Source of the DNA: Azolla caroliniana
Lineage: Eukaryota > Plantae > Polypodiophyta
Direction: 5' to 3'
Length of the DNA stretch: 64,000 nucleotides
Assembly (NCBI GenBank): GCA_043228905.1
Contig: JBHGNT010000014.1
Location: forward strand, 4,092,001-4,156,000
Under the pieces are notes generated by a model. It did no database searches, was not told the origin of the DNA, and was given only the letters and a program-made list of their open reading frames with translations. Below, piece by piece: positions 11,160 to 22,699 of the stretch (its first letter is position 1; each line of letters opens with the position of its first letter). The position numbers were made by a program, and so were the translations under genes.

Positions 11160-14100
11160 TATTAGAGATCTAGGTACTAAAGTAAGCTTAAGATAAGGAT
11201 AAACTAATGATAGATAGAAAGGAGAAAGAGAAAGAAGGGTGCCGATCCACCCGACCACACCCGAGCGAAGGGATCGAGACGGACTCGAGCCTTGATCGGC
11301 GTCCCATACCACCACCGTGGCGTCGAGTCGTACCTGGTAGCTGGCGTGCTCGCTACAAGAGTTGACCCACCACAAGAGCAGAGTCTCGATGTAGTCAAAA
11401 GATGATCCAATGAGGGTAGCTAGGCCTCCTATTTATAGTGATACCCAAGGCCCCCATGCAAGTTCACACTTGACCTAATGGGTTGTCTGAATCCCGAGGA
11501 TTAAAAGTAATCCTCCCCTTCTTTAAACTCTCGTTTAACCCTCACACTTATCCACGTGTATAGAATACTACGGTAAATTCTCACCACGGGATATTAAATG
11601 GTCATGCCCGTAACGTACTCCCCTTCTTTAAAACATTGCACTCTTGCAATGGAAAGTTAGGGAAGTTTGTTCTTAGAGTGTTCTCGCGTTCCCATGTGGC
11701 ATCTTTGATAGATTTGTCCATCCATTTAATTTTAAATTCTCGGATTTCTTTAGTACGTAACGTTTTTGTTTTAACATCGAGAATCCTTTTTGGTACATGT
11801 GGTTTCGAAGATAAATCTTTAGAAGTAACCAGAGCTTCAGTTGTAACTGTGTTGTCGCCAGAACCTAGAAGTTCTTTTAGAAGACTCACATGGAAGACTG
11901 GAAGAATTCTAACACCATCGGGAAGAGCGAGATGATAGACTGATGACCCAATGCGTTTGAGGACTGTAAAAGGTCCACAAAACCGTGGGGCTAACTTAGC
12001 GCACTTACCCGTAGACAATGTCTTAGAATTGTGAGGTACACGTAAAAATACCTTCTGTCCAAGGTTGAATACACGAGGTTGCCTATGATGATCGGCATAA
12101 AAACATATCTTGCATATCCCGAAGAAAGTTTTGCGTACTTCGCAACTCATCATGATGTATATTAACATCAATCGGGGCTCGTGGCTGAAAACCATACATC
12201 AACATAAAAGGACTATATCCCGTTGACGTATGCTTGGAGTTGTTATAAGGAAACTCCAAAATTGGGAGATAACGTTCCCATTTTGATGGTTTTGCACCAA
12301 CAGATGCTCGAAGCATGTCCTCAATAATTTGATTTACTCGTTTTGTCTGTCCATCGGATTGAGGATGATCCGTGGAGCTCATTCTCAACGTAGTTTCTAA
12401 CTTCTTAAAGACTTGTGTCCAGAAGTCACTAGTAAACTTTGGATCTCGATCACTCACGATATCCATCAGTAACCCATAAAAACGAAATAATTCGTCAACG
12501 AATTGGTAAGCCAATTCAGGAGTTGTTACCGTGGTTTTAGTAGCAATAAATCTGGCCATTTTAGTTAGTCGATCAACAACAACCCAGATGGCATCATGAC
12601 CTTTTTGGGTGCGAGGAAGGCTAACAATAAAATCCATGGATATACTTTCCCACTTATTGTTGGGAATGTCCAAGGGATGTAAAAGTCATGCGGCTTTAAG
12701 TTGCTTGGCTTTGTTAACCTGACATTGGTGACATTTAGTCACATAGGTGTGTATGTCAGGGCACATCTTAGGCCAATAAAATTAAGTGGAGATGAGAACG
12801 AGTGTACGATGTATTCCAGGGTGCCCTACTGAGGGTGCATCATGGCATTAAAAAAGAATCCTCTTTTTGACCTCGGGTAAATCTGGAACACAAACCTTCC
12901 CATTACGGTAGAGCAAACCGTTAGCAATGTGGAAGTATTCCTTCGAGGATGTGGTGGTGTCTGTTCCAGACTCAACTCTTGCCCAGTATTTTGCAAAATA
13001 ATTGTCATCAAGATACTTTCCTCGAAGGTGATCATAAAGATCTGATGTTATTTTAGTGAAGCTAAGCATGTTAACTTCACGGATGCGACTTAGTGCATCA
13101 GCGACAGTGTTCATGGAACCTTTACGATATCGTATGGAAAAATCAAAGTCCTGGATGAGATCAGTCCATTGTGTCTTACGACCTTTCAGGTCTTGTTGGT
13201 CACAAAAATATTTCAAGGACTCGTGGTCCGTAGTTACCACAAAGCGATTTCCATAAAGATAATGGTGCCATGTTTTGAGCGCATGTATAACTGCAAATAA
13301 TTCCTTTTCTTGAACGGTATACCGACATTGAGCAGAATCAAGTTTCTTACTCTCGAATGCTATTGGTTTACCATCTTGATATAAGACAACACCTATAGCA
13401 TAATCGCTTGCATCTGTTTCAACCTGAAAAGGTTTTGAAGGATCAGGTAAAAGAAGTGAAGGAGCCTTGCAAACCAAGTCCTTGAGTTCCTTAAAGGCGA
13501 GGTCTAGTGTAGCATTCCACACAATACGTTTTGTAGACTTACACGTTTGACCTTTTAAAATATCAGTAAACGGCGTCGTCAATTGGGAGTAATTACAAAG
13601 AGACTTTCGCAAAAACCCGACAAAACTAAGGAATGATCGAACTTCTCGAATATTCCGAAGAGTGGGCCAAAGCTTGATTTTCTCTATGCGAGAAGGATCA
13701 ATTTCAACTCCTCGTTCGGTTAGAAAGAAAAAAAAATTATTACGGAAAGAGTTACCGAAGTTCTTTGTTGATCGTTGTCTGGATCAAGGCCAGCCGCACA
13801 TCGATCGATCACCATCAATCAAAAGACAAAAGACAAACAAAGAAACATTAGTACATAGCTTTGATACCAAATATTAGAGATCTAGGTACTAAAGCTTAAG
13901 ATAAGGATAAATTAATGATAGATAGAAAGGAGAAAGAGAAAGAAGGGTGTCGATCCACCCGACCACCCCCGAGCGAAGGGATCGAGACGGACTCGAGCCT
14001 TGATCAGCGTCCTATACCACCGTCGTGGCGTCGAGTCGTACCTAGTGCTGGCGCGCTCGCTACAAGAGTTGACCCACCACAAGAGCAAAGTCTCGATGTA

Positions 14101-14322
14101 GTCAAAAGATGATCCAATGAGGGTAGCTAGGCCTCTTATTTATAACGATACCCAAGGCCCCCAAGCAAGTTCACACTTGATCTAATGGGTTGTCTGAATC
14201 CCGAGGATTAAAAGTAATCCTCCCCTTCTTTACACTCTCGTTCAACCCTCACACTTATCCACGTGTATAGAATACTATGGTAAATTCTCACCACGGGATA
14301 TTAAATGGTCATGCCCGTAATA
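11160..14322 (-). mobile_element. Element C: internally deleted chromovirus LTR retrotransposon
   Basis: LTRs at 11160-11615 and 13872-14322, TSD GCCAG, tRNA-iMet PBS (TGGTATCAAAGC, about 13858-13869 on minus) and PPT AAAGAAGGGGAG. Lacks gag, protease and most of RT. Confidence 0.93.
11602..13720 (-). pseudogene. pol: RT C-terminus, RNase H, integrase and chromodomain of C
   Basis: ETDASDYAIG, ISMDFI, VSDRDPKF, TDHPQSDGQ, PRFCGPF and the chromodomain-like ILDVK...FKIKWMD....ATWE. Confidence 0.93.
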
Positions 14323-14374
14323 GCCAGAATGGACATGGCCAAGTTGGTCATAGAAGAACCACAACAATCAACAC

Positions 14375-14969
14375 ATCACGACGTTTGAGGACTTAAAAAC
14401 CATATTTTTATAGTTCTTCAACAAAGAGGTGGATCAATGGGAGATGATCAGCCTATTCTACACCATACAGCAGGAACCTACGGAAACCATTCAACAATTT
14501 GTAATCCGGTTCCAGCGAATGCACAGTCAGCTCAATCGGGCACCACTGGAGGAGGAGCGAAATCAATATTCCTACCCGCACTCAGGGAACCCCTGCCTAC
14601 GGTGTGCGTAGTGATTAATTTCCGCACCAGCACGATTGACCAAGTCATAGAAAGGGTAAGGTAAGGGAGATGGAGAAAACAAGCTCGTGGCTAACAATGG
14701 GGGCACTGTAGCGTACATTACCAACAGAAGATGACCTGCGATTTCGGCAAGCTATACAATGTACGATATGTCTGAATGCCGGGCACTCGGCAATAGAATG
14801 TACCATGCGGATACAGTGCATGTTATGCCACTCCAGAACGCACATAATGGACCGATGCGAATATAACTTGCTAAACTAACAAGCGGCACCTGTAAGGCAA
14901 ATCGAACCCCGGAGCAACCGGGAGGAGGAAGAAGAATGTTGGTGGCAAGACGAGCGTTACCGGCCGGCG
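14375..14969 (+). pseudogene. gag: gag fragment of the A/D family
   Basis: QEPTETIQQFVIRFQ...LREPL...DQVIERV...CTICLNAGHS matches the D gag (ETVSQFVIRFQ...IREPL...EQVIDKA). Confidence 0.85.
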
Positions 14970-16726
14970 CAAGATATCCAGAGCATGGAAGAAGACATAG
15001 AGAAGGCCAGAACGGACATGGCCAAGTTGGTCATAGAAGGACCACAACAATCAACACCGGTGGCCCCGGTAACTCGACAGAACGATCAAACCCCGATGAC
15101 GGTGGCAGGCCCAGATACTCATGAATCGTCCACACAGGAGCTCGCCACACTAAGGGAAGACCTAGCAGCACAAGAAGCCTTACGTGCCAGGGAACAAGAA
15201 TTGAAAAAAGCGGCAGAGGAGGAACAAAGGAGAACGGCCAACAACCTCCGCTGAACAGAGGAAAGCTTGAGAAGAGGGCATCAAGCGTATGATCGGCTGA
15301 AAGAAGAGAAAGACAAACTCCTCCAAGAAAAAGAGAAACTCTGGAGGATGGTGGAAGTGGAGATTGAGCGCCTCAAAGAAGAACTTCGGCAACAAAAAGA
15401 TCGTGAGGACCGCGCTCGCCGACTTATAAATCAAAAGCTAAAACAGAAAACCGACAACTTCGATCGACTGCACCGGGACTATAAGCATTTAGATGCCGAT
15501 CATAAGAAATTGACTACCGAAAATGACCGGCAGCAAGAAAAGTGCAGAGAACTCCGGGAGGAAGTTAACCGGTTGACGACGGTAGTGATGGAAGAGTAGT
15601 CGAAGGGAGCCGAACAAGCGAAACAACTGGCGGCAACAACGAAAGAACAACTAGCCTTGCAAGTGCAGTACCATGTGGAAATGGAGTGCACTACAATGGC
15701 TCTGAACAGAGTTTAGACGACATATCAGACCTAACTCATGCATTACAGAAGCCAAGAAGCAGCAACCGCAAGCCTGATCAAACAATTGAAGGACGAAAAA
15801 CAGGTTGTGGAAAACAAGTCGAAGATGGGACTGGGGCGGATCCGGGACATCGTACTGGCATGGAAGAATCGAACGAAGCAATTGGTGGAAGAAAGCTCAG
15901 TACAGTGGTGGTCGAAGTGGGCTAAGCAGGCAACCGAGCTACAGTTGTTGCGGGCAAATGCGAAAAACCAGCGGAAAGAAGGCGACGAAGTTTACATCCT
16001 GGATAGAGAAAGCATTGAAACAATAAAGGATGACCTATCAGATGATTTCCTATCCTTGGCTGGTGAGCAGAGGGTGGCGGTACGCCAATTGGTGGCAAAA
16101 CTGGATGATGACCAATTGGACAACCAACTCTGCTTTGAGAGGTACGAACGGGAACGACGACGGCAAGAAGTGGCCAAGAAAACTGCGGCGTTTAGCATAA
16201 GTGACGAGGAGCCATTTTCAGAACAAACGCCGATTACAACCGGGGAAAGCTAACCAGATAGTACGCAAGAGGAGTCGCTAGAGGAAGGTAATCGGCAGAC
16301 ACCGGGGCACGCCAGACAACAGAACCAGGAGATGCCAAGGCCGGATGAGCCAGAAAAAGAGGAAGAGCCGGTCAGCCTGACGGAGCCGGTAAGATCAGTT
16401 GAGCCGGAAATGGAGACAGAGCTGGTTAGACTAACGGAGGTGCCAAGGCCGGGTGAGCCGGAAAAAGAGGAAGAGCCGGTCAGATTGACGGAGCCGCAAG
16501 CGACAGATGTTAACCAGCAACAGCCACAACCGGAGCTGGAGCAACAAGAGGAGCCGCCACAGCCGCAGGAACAGCAGGAGGGGGAACAGGAGTAGCCGAC
16601 GACAGAACAGCTTCCCGAGGAACCATTGGAAGCCTTAGATCAAAGTATTCTGGACATTTTAGAGGATGAATGAAGGCCGGATAGTGGGATTCGACGTATA
16701 AGGTACTGTCCTACGGGCGTGCCATA

Positions 16727-17123
16727 TGTTAGCCGACTAGCAAGGGAAGTCCAGAATGGGAAATGAGGGGATAATTAATAACCGGGAGCTAATTATATAT
16801 TTATATAGAATTATTATGATTTTGAGAAGCGAACGGATGGACACGGAATCGGTATGCCGATCCGGATTTGAACCAGTTCGTTGCCGGTTGTCGGTTGGCA
16901 CCGGTTTGTACCTAAAGCCGGAGATCTATAAAAAAGGCCGGCTAGATTGTAATCATTAGCGGATAATTAATAGAGTGATGTTGTTCTACATCTTAATCAT
17001 TGTTAATTACCGTTCTGTGCTAAGTGTAATTTATCCTACGCGTGTATTGTGACTAATGATATTGCCGCTATTAACCCATTAGGGTTCCATTAACCATCAG
17101 TCTAACTCTATCTCACTGCAACA
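16727..17123 (+). repeat. Probable 3' LTR of A
   Basis: TGTTAG...GCAACA with an internal TATAAAA, in the same position and upstream context as the 3' LTR of D. The partner LTR is outside the window. Confidence 0.7.
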
Positions 17124-17974
17124 CCCCTTTGGTGAAGTGTCTTAAAGGGACACCCTGTGTTAGGCCATTGTCCGGCCCTAGCGATAACACAAAGAAGTAT
17201 GCTAGACAACAAGATACCTCATGGTGGGAGGTGTTATTTAGTGATCAACAAGAAATTATCAATAATTCCTTCATTGGAAATTGGGCATTGCAAAGGTCAT
17301 TTACGTTGTCGCGAAAATACGACGGGGATACGTGAACATTGAGGCAAGACCCCGAGCCTTTGTCTAGAGGATATCAAATTCGTGTATTTATATACTAAGA
17401 ATTAACCGAAATGAGAAAGATTAACAAATTTCATTAATAAAAGAGAAAGAAAGATTACAATCAATCCCAAGATTGGGATTACAAAAGTTTTATCTTATGG
17501 AGATGATTAGAATAATAGATTAGAGGAAATAAGAGATTATGATTTTTGAGTGATATGGCTTTGACAAGGAATTTTGGATTTTGAGAGATTGCTTCCGTAT
17601 GGAAATTATGGTTTACTTGAGAGATAGCTTCCGTAGGGAAGATTAGGGTTATTGGCTTCGATAAGATAAGAGAGCTCCCCAACAAACGAAAAAAAATTTA
17701 GATAATATGGAGAGTCCCTTTGTGTAGGATAAATAAATAAATAAATATGGAGTTCTCCCTTGATCATAGCCTTTTCCCTTTTTGTTGCATGGCCTCTACT
17801 TTTAGTTGCCTAGCTTTTTCTTTTGGTTGCATGTGACTGTCCACATGACCTTTACTTTTTCCATGCACTCCCTTCTTTAGTTGCTTGCGTCCACATGGCC
17901 TTTACTATAGTTCTCTTCACTTTACTTTAGTTTGTTGCATGATCCAATCTTTCGTTCGTCCGCGTCCAACCTCG

Positions 17975-18487
17975 TCCGGTAGCCGATTCCATTTTGCTTG
18001 TCGGTCGGTTCTGGTTCCGATTTTGCTTGCCGTCTGGTTTGCTTGCCAGTTCCGGTTCCGGTTTTTCTTGCCGGCCGGTTTCATACCCATTCCGGTTCCG
18101 GTTTGCTTGTCGGCCGGTTCCGGTTTTGCTTACCGACTGGTTTCCGGTTTTGTTTATCGGCCGGTTCCGGTTTGCTTGCCGGTTCCGGTTCCGGTTTTGC
18201 TTGCCGGCCGGTTCCAGTTTGCTTGCCGGTTCCGGTTTTGCTTACCAGTCGATTTCCGGTTTTTCTTGCCGGCCGGTTTCATACCCATTCCGGTTCCGGT
18301 TTGCTTGCCGATCGGTTCCGGTTTTGCTTACCGGCCAGTTTGCATACCCGTTCCAGTTCCAGTTTTGCATACCGGCCGGTTTCCGGATTGCATACCGGCC
18401 GGTTTCCGGATTTGCTTACCGGCCCGTTTCCGGATTTGCTTACCGGACCCGTTTTCCGGATTTGCTTACCTGCCGGTTTCCGGTTTT
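17975..18487. repeat. Degenerate CCGGTT/GCTT minisatellite
   Basis: Dozens of variants of GCCGGTTCCGGTTTTGCTT, with a higher-order duplication (about 18050-18135 repeated at about 18255-18335). Confidence 0.9.
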
Positions 18488-18779
18488 AGGGAATTTGGCC
18501 ACCATTATCCATCAAGACAATGTGGCCAAAGTGCTCTTAGCACAAATAAAAAATGAGGGAGATCAAGGTGTTTATATAGCTAGGGCCTTAACTTTCCTAT
18601 CTATGTGGGATAGTTCTAATTTCCCTATCTAATCAAACTTTATTTTCTCATAACTTGGTATGTATTTCTCCATTTTGTATATAGTAAAATACATTTTGAA
18701 GCTCTTGAGTATATCAATCTTTCTATAGTGAGCTACTAATCTAATCTATAATAATTATTTCATTATTTTTTTACATAGT

Positions 18780-19850
18780 GTGTGAAGATTCACACGACAA
18801 CGTGGTCCATACAACACTCGCATGGTTCTTAATCGCCACCTCATGCACATAATGCAAATCTTGACAATTTGCTCCATCCACAACAAAGAGACATTTATGT
18901 GGGACTGAGAATGACAAAAGCTCGGTGGCAAGGAAACTTGCAAGAGATAAAGGTTGGGATGTATATTGCCACACTTGTAGATCATAATGAACTAGGGCAC
19001 CAATTCTGTATTGGTAAAGTATTGGATGTGGTGATGCATGAAAAGAAAAATAAGATTTTAAGTCTATAATGGTGCATTAGTATAACACTAGAAGCAAGAA
19101 TGCATTTACAGGGAAGCATACATTGGAGATGATAGAATGTCCAACGTCAAGTGGAAATAAAAAGAGGAAAAGAAATATTCATAACACATCGACCCTTGAT
19201 ATTAGTGAGGTGGATATAATTGTGTACGACTTTACATTGACAAAAGCTGGATGTTTAAGGAAGTCCACAATAGACAAGTATAAAAGAGAAATTGTCAAGC
19301 CTACAAGTCATATAAGATCGAAGGCGAACCAGATCTTGTAAACATAATTTGGAGTCACAACATTTAGTTTTAGACAATGACAATGCTTTGATTGGTACAT
19401 CTGAAGATGAGGAGGATGAGTCACCATTGTACATTAGCTACAGTAGTGATTCTCAAGAAAGGGGTGATGATAGTGATTCAAATAACTCTTGAATGTATCT
19501 TTGGCATGAAAGTGTAACAAATTTAAGCTTCTAAGAACTCAAATGATGTAAAAGTTCGAAATTTTAAAATCTATCGTTGTTTGTGAATATTATTTGTCAC
19601 CTTAAAACATTAGTTGTCAATTTTACGGTAAAATACATTATGTATCTTTTCATATTTGGCCTAATTTTCTGAAATTTTAGTTTTATGAAATGGTGAAATT
19701 TTAAGCTTTTCCATTGAGTCTTTGAGAACATGTCATATTGGTATCAACGTGTTTTGTGACATGGTTAAAAATACCTTGAAATCAAACGGAACATTCCTTA
19801 TCCTTCCATTTGTGCACGATCCTTCCACTTGTGAACGCGAACATATTCTT
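18780..19850 (+). mobile_element. 3' end of an unclassified repeat, probably a DNA transposon, with a decayed coding C-terminus
   Basis: Decayed reading frame (FCIGKVLDV...VH*YNT...DIIVYDFTLTKAG). 19349-19850 is homologous to 47918-48398 and both end in CCTTCCAYTTGTG x2 plus GAACGCGAAC. Confidence 0.5.
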
Positions 19851-20877
19851 ATGATTTTTTATATAAAGGTGGAGATTTAAAATACGTAAACAACTATCAA
19901 GCCATCATGGTTGGCTTGCTATTGGTAAAACTATTTGAATGTATAATGGAATCAAAGATAGGTGCATGGGCTGAAAAAAATGGTATGAGAGCTTATGGAC
20001 AAGCCAACTTTCAAAAACACCATAGCACCATTGATCACCTTGTCATCCTTCGCGTATTAATGGAAGAAAGTCGCATACGAGGTAAAGGTTTATATTGTTG
20101 CTTCGTAGACTTTAAGAAAGCTTTTGATATGGTACCACATGCACATCTTTGGAGGCGAATGGAAGAAGTCAAGGTGCCAAGTGAATATATGCTTGGAATC
20201 ACCCGAATATATGAGAAGGTTATATGTTGTGTGCATATGAGTGATAAACTTTCAGATTTTTTCAATAGCACTATTGGTGTTAAGCAAGGATGCCCACTCT
20301 CACCAATCTATGCATTGATGAATTGGAAGAAATGGTTGTTAGGTTTGTAAAGGAAGGTGTTGAAGAAGTTGCAATTGGGAATGTTGTTATTATGTTTTTG
20401 CTATATGCGGATGATGTAGTGATTTTTGCAAATACTTCAGGAGATGCGCAAAAGCTTATGAAGGCATTGGAAAAAAATTGCATGCATACGAAACTAAATG
20501 TTAATAGCTCTAAAACAAAGATGATGCGTGTGAAGAGCCAAAAAAGAGATAAGACATGCATTATGTACAATAATGAGCCACTTGAATGTGTGGAAAGTTT
20601 CAAATATCTTGGTCATGAAGTTCCTTCAAATCATAAATAGAATGAATGTACTACACGTGTCACGGACAAGTATAATAGAGTAGAACAAAGATAAGACTAG
20701 AGAACAAGAGAGAGTAAAAGAACAAGAACTCAACTTATAGAACCCGTAACTTGTGTTGTTCACCTTGATTAGAATCAAGGTGCACATGAGTATTTATACA
20801 AGAAGTTAGGGCTATGTAAGCCAGCTAGAAATAGAGTATGCATGAGGATGCATGCAATGGAGTACGCATGAGGATGC

Positions 20878-22196
20878 TAACTGTACAACGGAGGTATTGT
20901 TCGAGGATTTGGTTGACTCTTTCGGTTTGGCCATCCGTTTGAGGGTGGTGCGCGGTTGACAAGTTCACAGAAGTCCTGAATGTCTGTAGAAGTTGGCGCC
21001 AAAACTGGGAGATAAATTGAGGACTGCGATCAGAAGTGACATCCTCAAGCAAACCGTGTAAGCGGACGACATTTTTCAGAAAAAGGGTAGTTGTCTCCTC
21101 CCCCGAAATGGTTTTCGAACATGGGACAAAGTGAGCCATCTTCGAAAACCGGTCGACGACCACTAGCACCGTGTCATGGTCACCGACTCGAGTAAGGTCG
21201 GTGATAAAGTCCATGGAGAGAGAAGCCCAAGGTCGACTAGGGATTGGAAGTGGGTGTAGAAGGTCGTATGGATGATGGTGAGCCGCTTTGGAGCGAGCGC
21301 AGACGTCACCAGTTTTGATAAATTCTTTGACCAATTTCCAAGGTTGAGGCCAACAAAACCCCCAAGAAAGCAATGCCAACGTTTTGGCAACCCCAAAGTG
21401 TCCGACAAGAGGATCATCATGGCAAGTTTGTAGAACTCGGAGGCGACATGGGCCAGCTGGTACGTAAAGGAGGTGATTACGATAGAGTAGCCCATCTTGA
21501 GTTGTAAAGTGACTGAGATCCGAGCTTTGCCTTTCTTGGGATGAGTTGTTGAGGCGCGCCATGATGTTAGTAGCGAAAGGGTCAGACGTGGTTGCTTGGG
21601 CAATCTCGTTGAGCAAGGAATCATCGTGCAACATATAGGTTGCGAACATGTGGAGTTGATCGAGCCGCAATAAACAATGTGATTGCTGAGAATAAGCTTC
21701 GTCACCTGGGCGCAATGCGAAATCGGGTCGCCGAGAGAGAGCTCCACTTTCCCATGTTGAACGCCAGGTCAAACCAAGATTTCGAAGTCGTAGTCGGCAA
21801 GAAAAGATGACCAACGAGCCTGCCTCCGATTCAACGTACGAGTGGTGGTGAAGTAGATGAGATTCTTGTGGTCGGTCACCACCTGAATACGATGTTGTGC
21901 CCCATCCAGATAGGGTCGCCATTCAGCGAAGGCCGAGATGATAGCTCCAAGCTCCTTGTCGTAGATCGGATAATTGATTTCCGGGGCTGTAAACTTCCGA
22001 GAGTAGAAGGCAACCGGATGTAGGGTGTCGTCGTCATCGGGTTGGGACAAGACCGCACCTATGGCAAAGTCGGAGGCGTCGGTTTCAACCTAGAAAGGGC
22101 GGGTGGGGTTGAGGTGGACTAAGAGGGGGGTAGAGAGAAAAGCTGCTTTGAGGGCATTAAAAGCATTGTGTGTTGCGGGGGTCCAAAGAAATGGAG
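20878..22196 (-). pseudogene. pol: RNase H-integrase of E (C-terminus deleted)
   Basis: [40 protein letters not shown] and AHHPQTDGQTER. Confidence 0.93.
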
Positions 22197-22653
22197 TGTT
22201 GTTCGGTCGACAATTGCTATTTTGCTGACACAGTATAAGATGAACATTTGTACCATACGTTCTATCAAGAAGTTGTGGTTAAACGAATAGACACGAATGA
22301 TCTATAAACTAATCGGTGATAACAGACACTGAGATCGTGACTTATGTAATATAGTTTAGACAGAAAGAACTAGATGGCAAGAAACAATCCGTACATAGAG
22401 ATTTCCTAACCAAACTTTATATAACTAAATACAACGATAGATTTTTACAATGCCTTCGGTTCCTTTTATAGGTAACCTGAAGGTTTCTTCTCATCAAGAA
22501 ATCCTATTGCCTATAATTATCAAGAATTACAAAACTTCGTAACTAACTATGTCCTATTCAGCTATCTGTTGAGTCATCAATCCAAACTGTCGATCCGACT
22601 CCGACTTCGAACATCTTTCCGATTCTAACGCATCCATACTTGTCTGGGTAACA
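22197..22653 (-). repeat. 3' LTR of D
   Basis: Direct repeat of 30800-31268, differing by substitutions and two CCGACT units. Confidence 0.95.
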
Positions 22654-22699
22654 CTTGGCACACCTGTGGGCCAGGACGTTGTCCGGCGAACCCATGGGA

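Larger units (their letters stand above)
9652..16670 (+). pseudogene. Extra ORF 3' of pol in A (globular N-domain, coiled coil, acidic repeat tail); interrupted by C and a gag fragment
   Basis: ORF pieces at 9652-11159 and 14985-16670 are homologous to D 25432-22700 (WL..H/N.L.GFL, YFGEYS..SKAY, MP..RA..IIA.Y.G...W). Confidence 0.8.
1..17123 (+). mobile_element. Element A: non-chromovirus Ty3/gypsy LTR retrotransposon (Athila/Tat-like pol), 5' part outside window; hosts solo LTR, B and C
   Basis: RNase H and integrase at 1-2384 continue at 9358 (NPFEQ across the B insertion), followed by an extra ORF and a TG..CA LTR-like end at 16727-17123. Proteins are collinear and homologous with element D. 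Confidence 0.85.

Noticed and set aside
17885-18632. ORFs in all three plus frames
   Set aside because: An artefact of an A-poor minisatellite that lacks stop codons.
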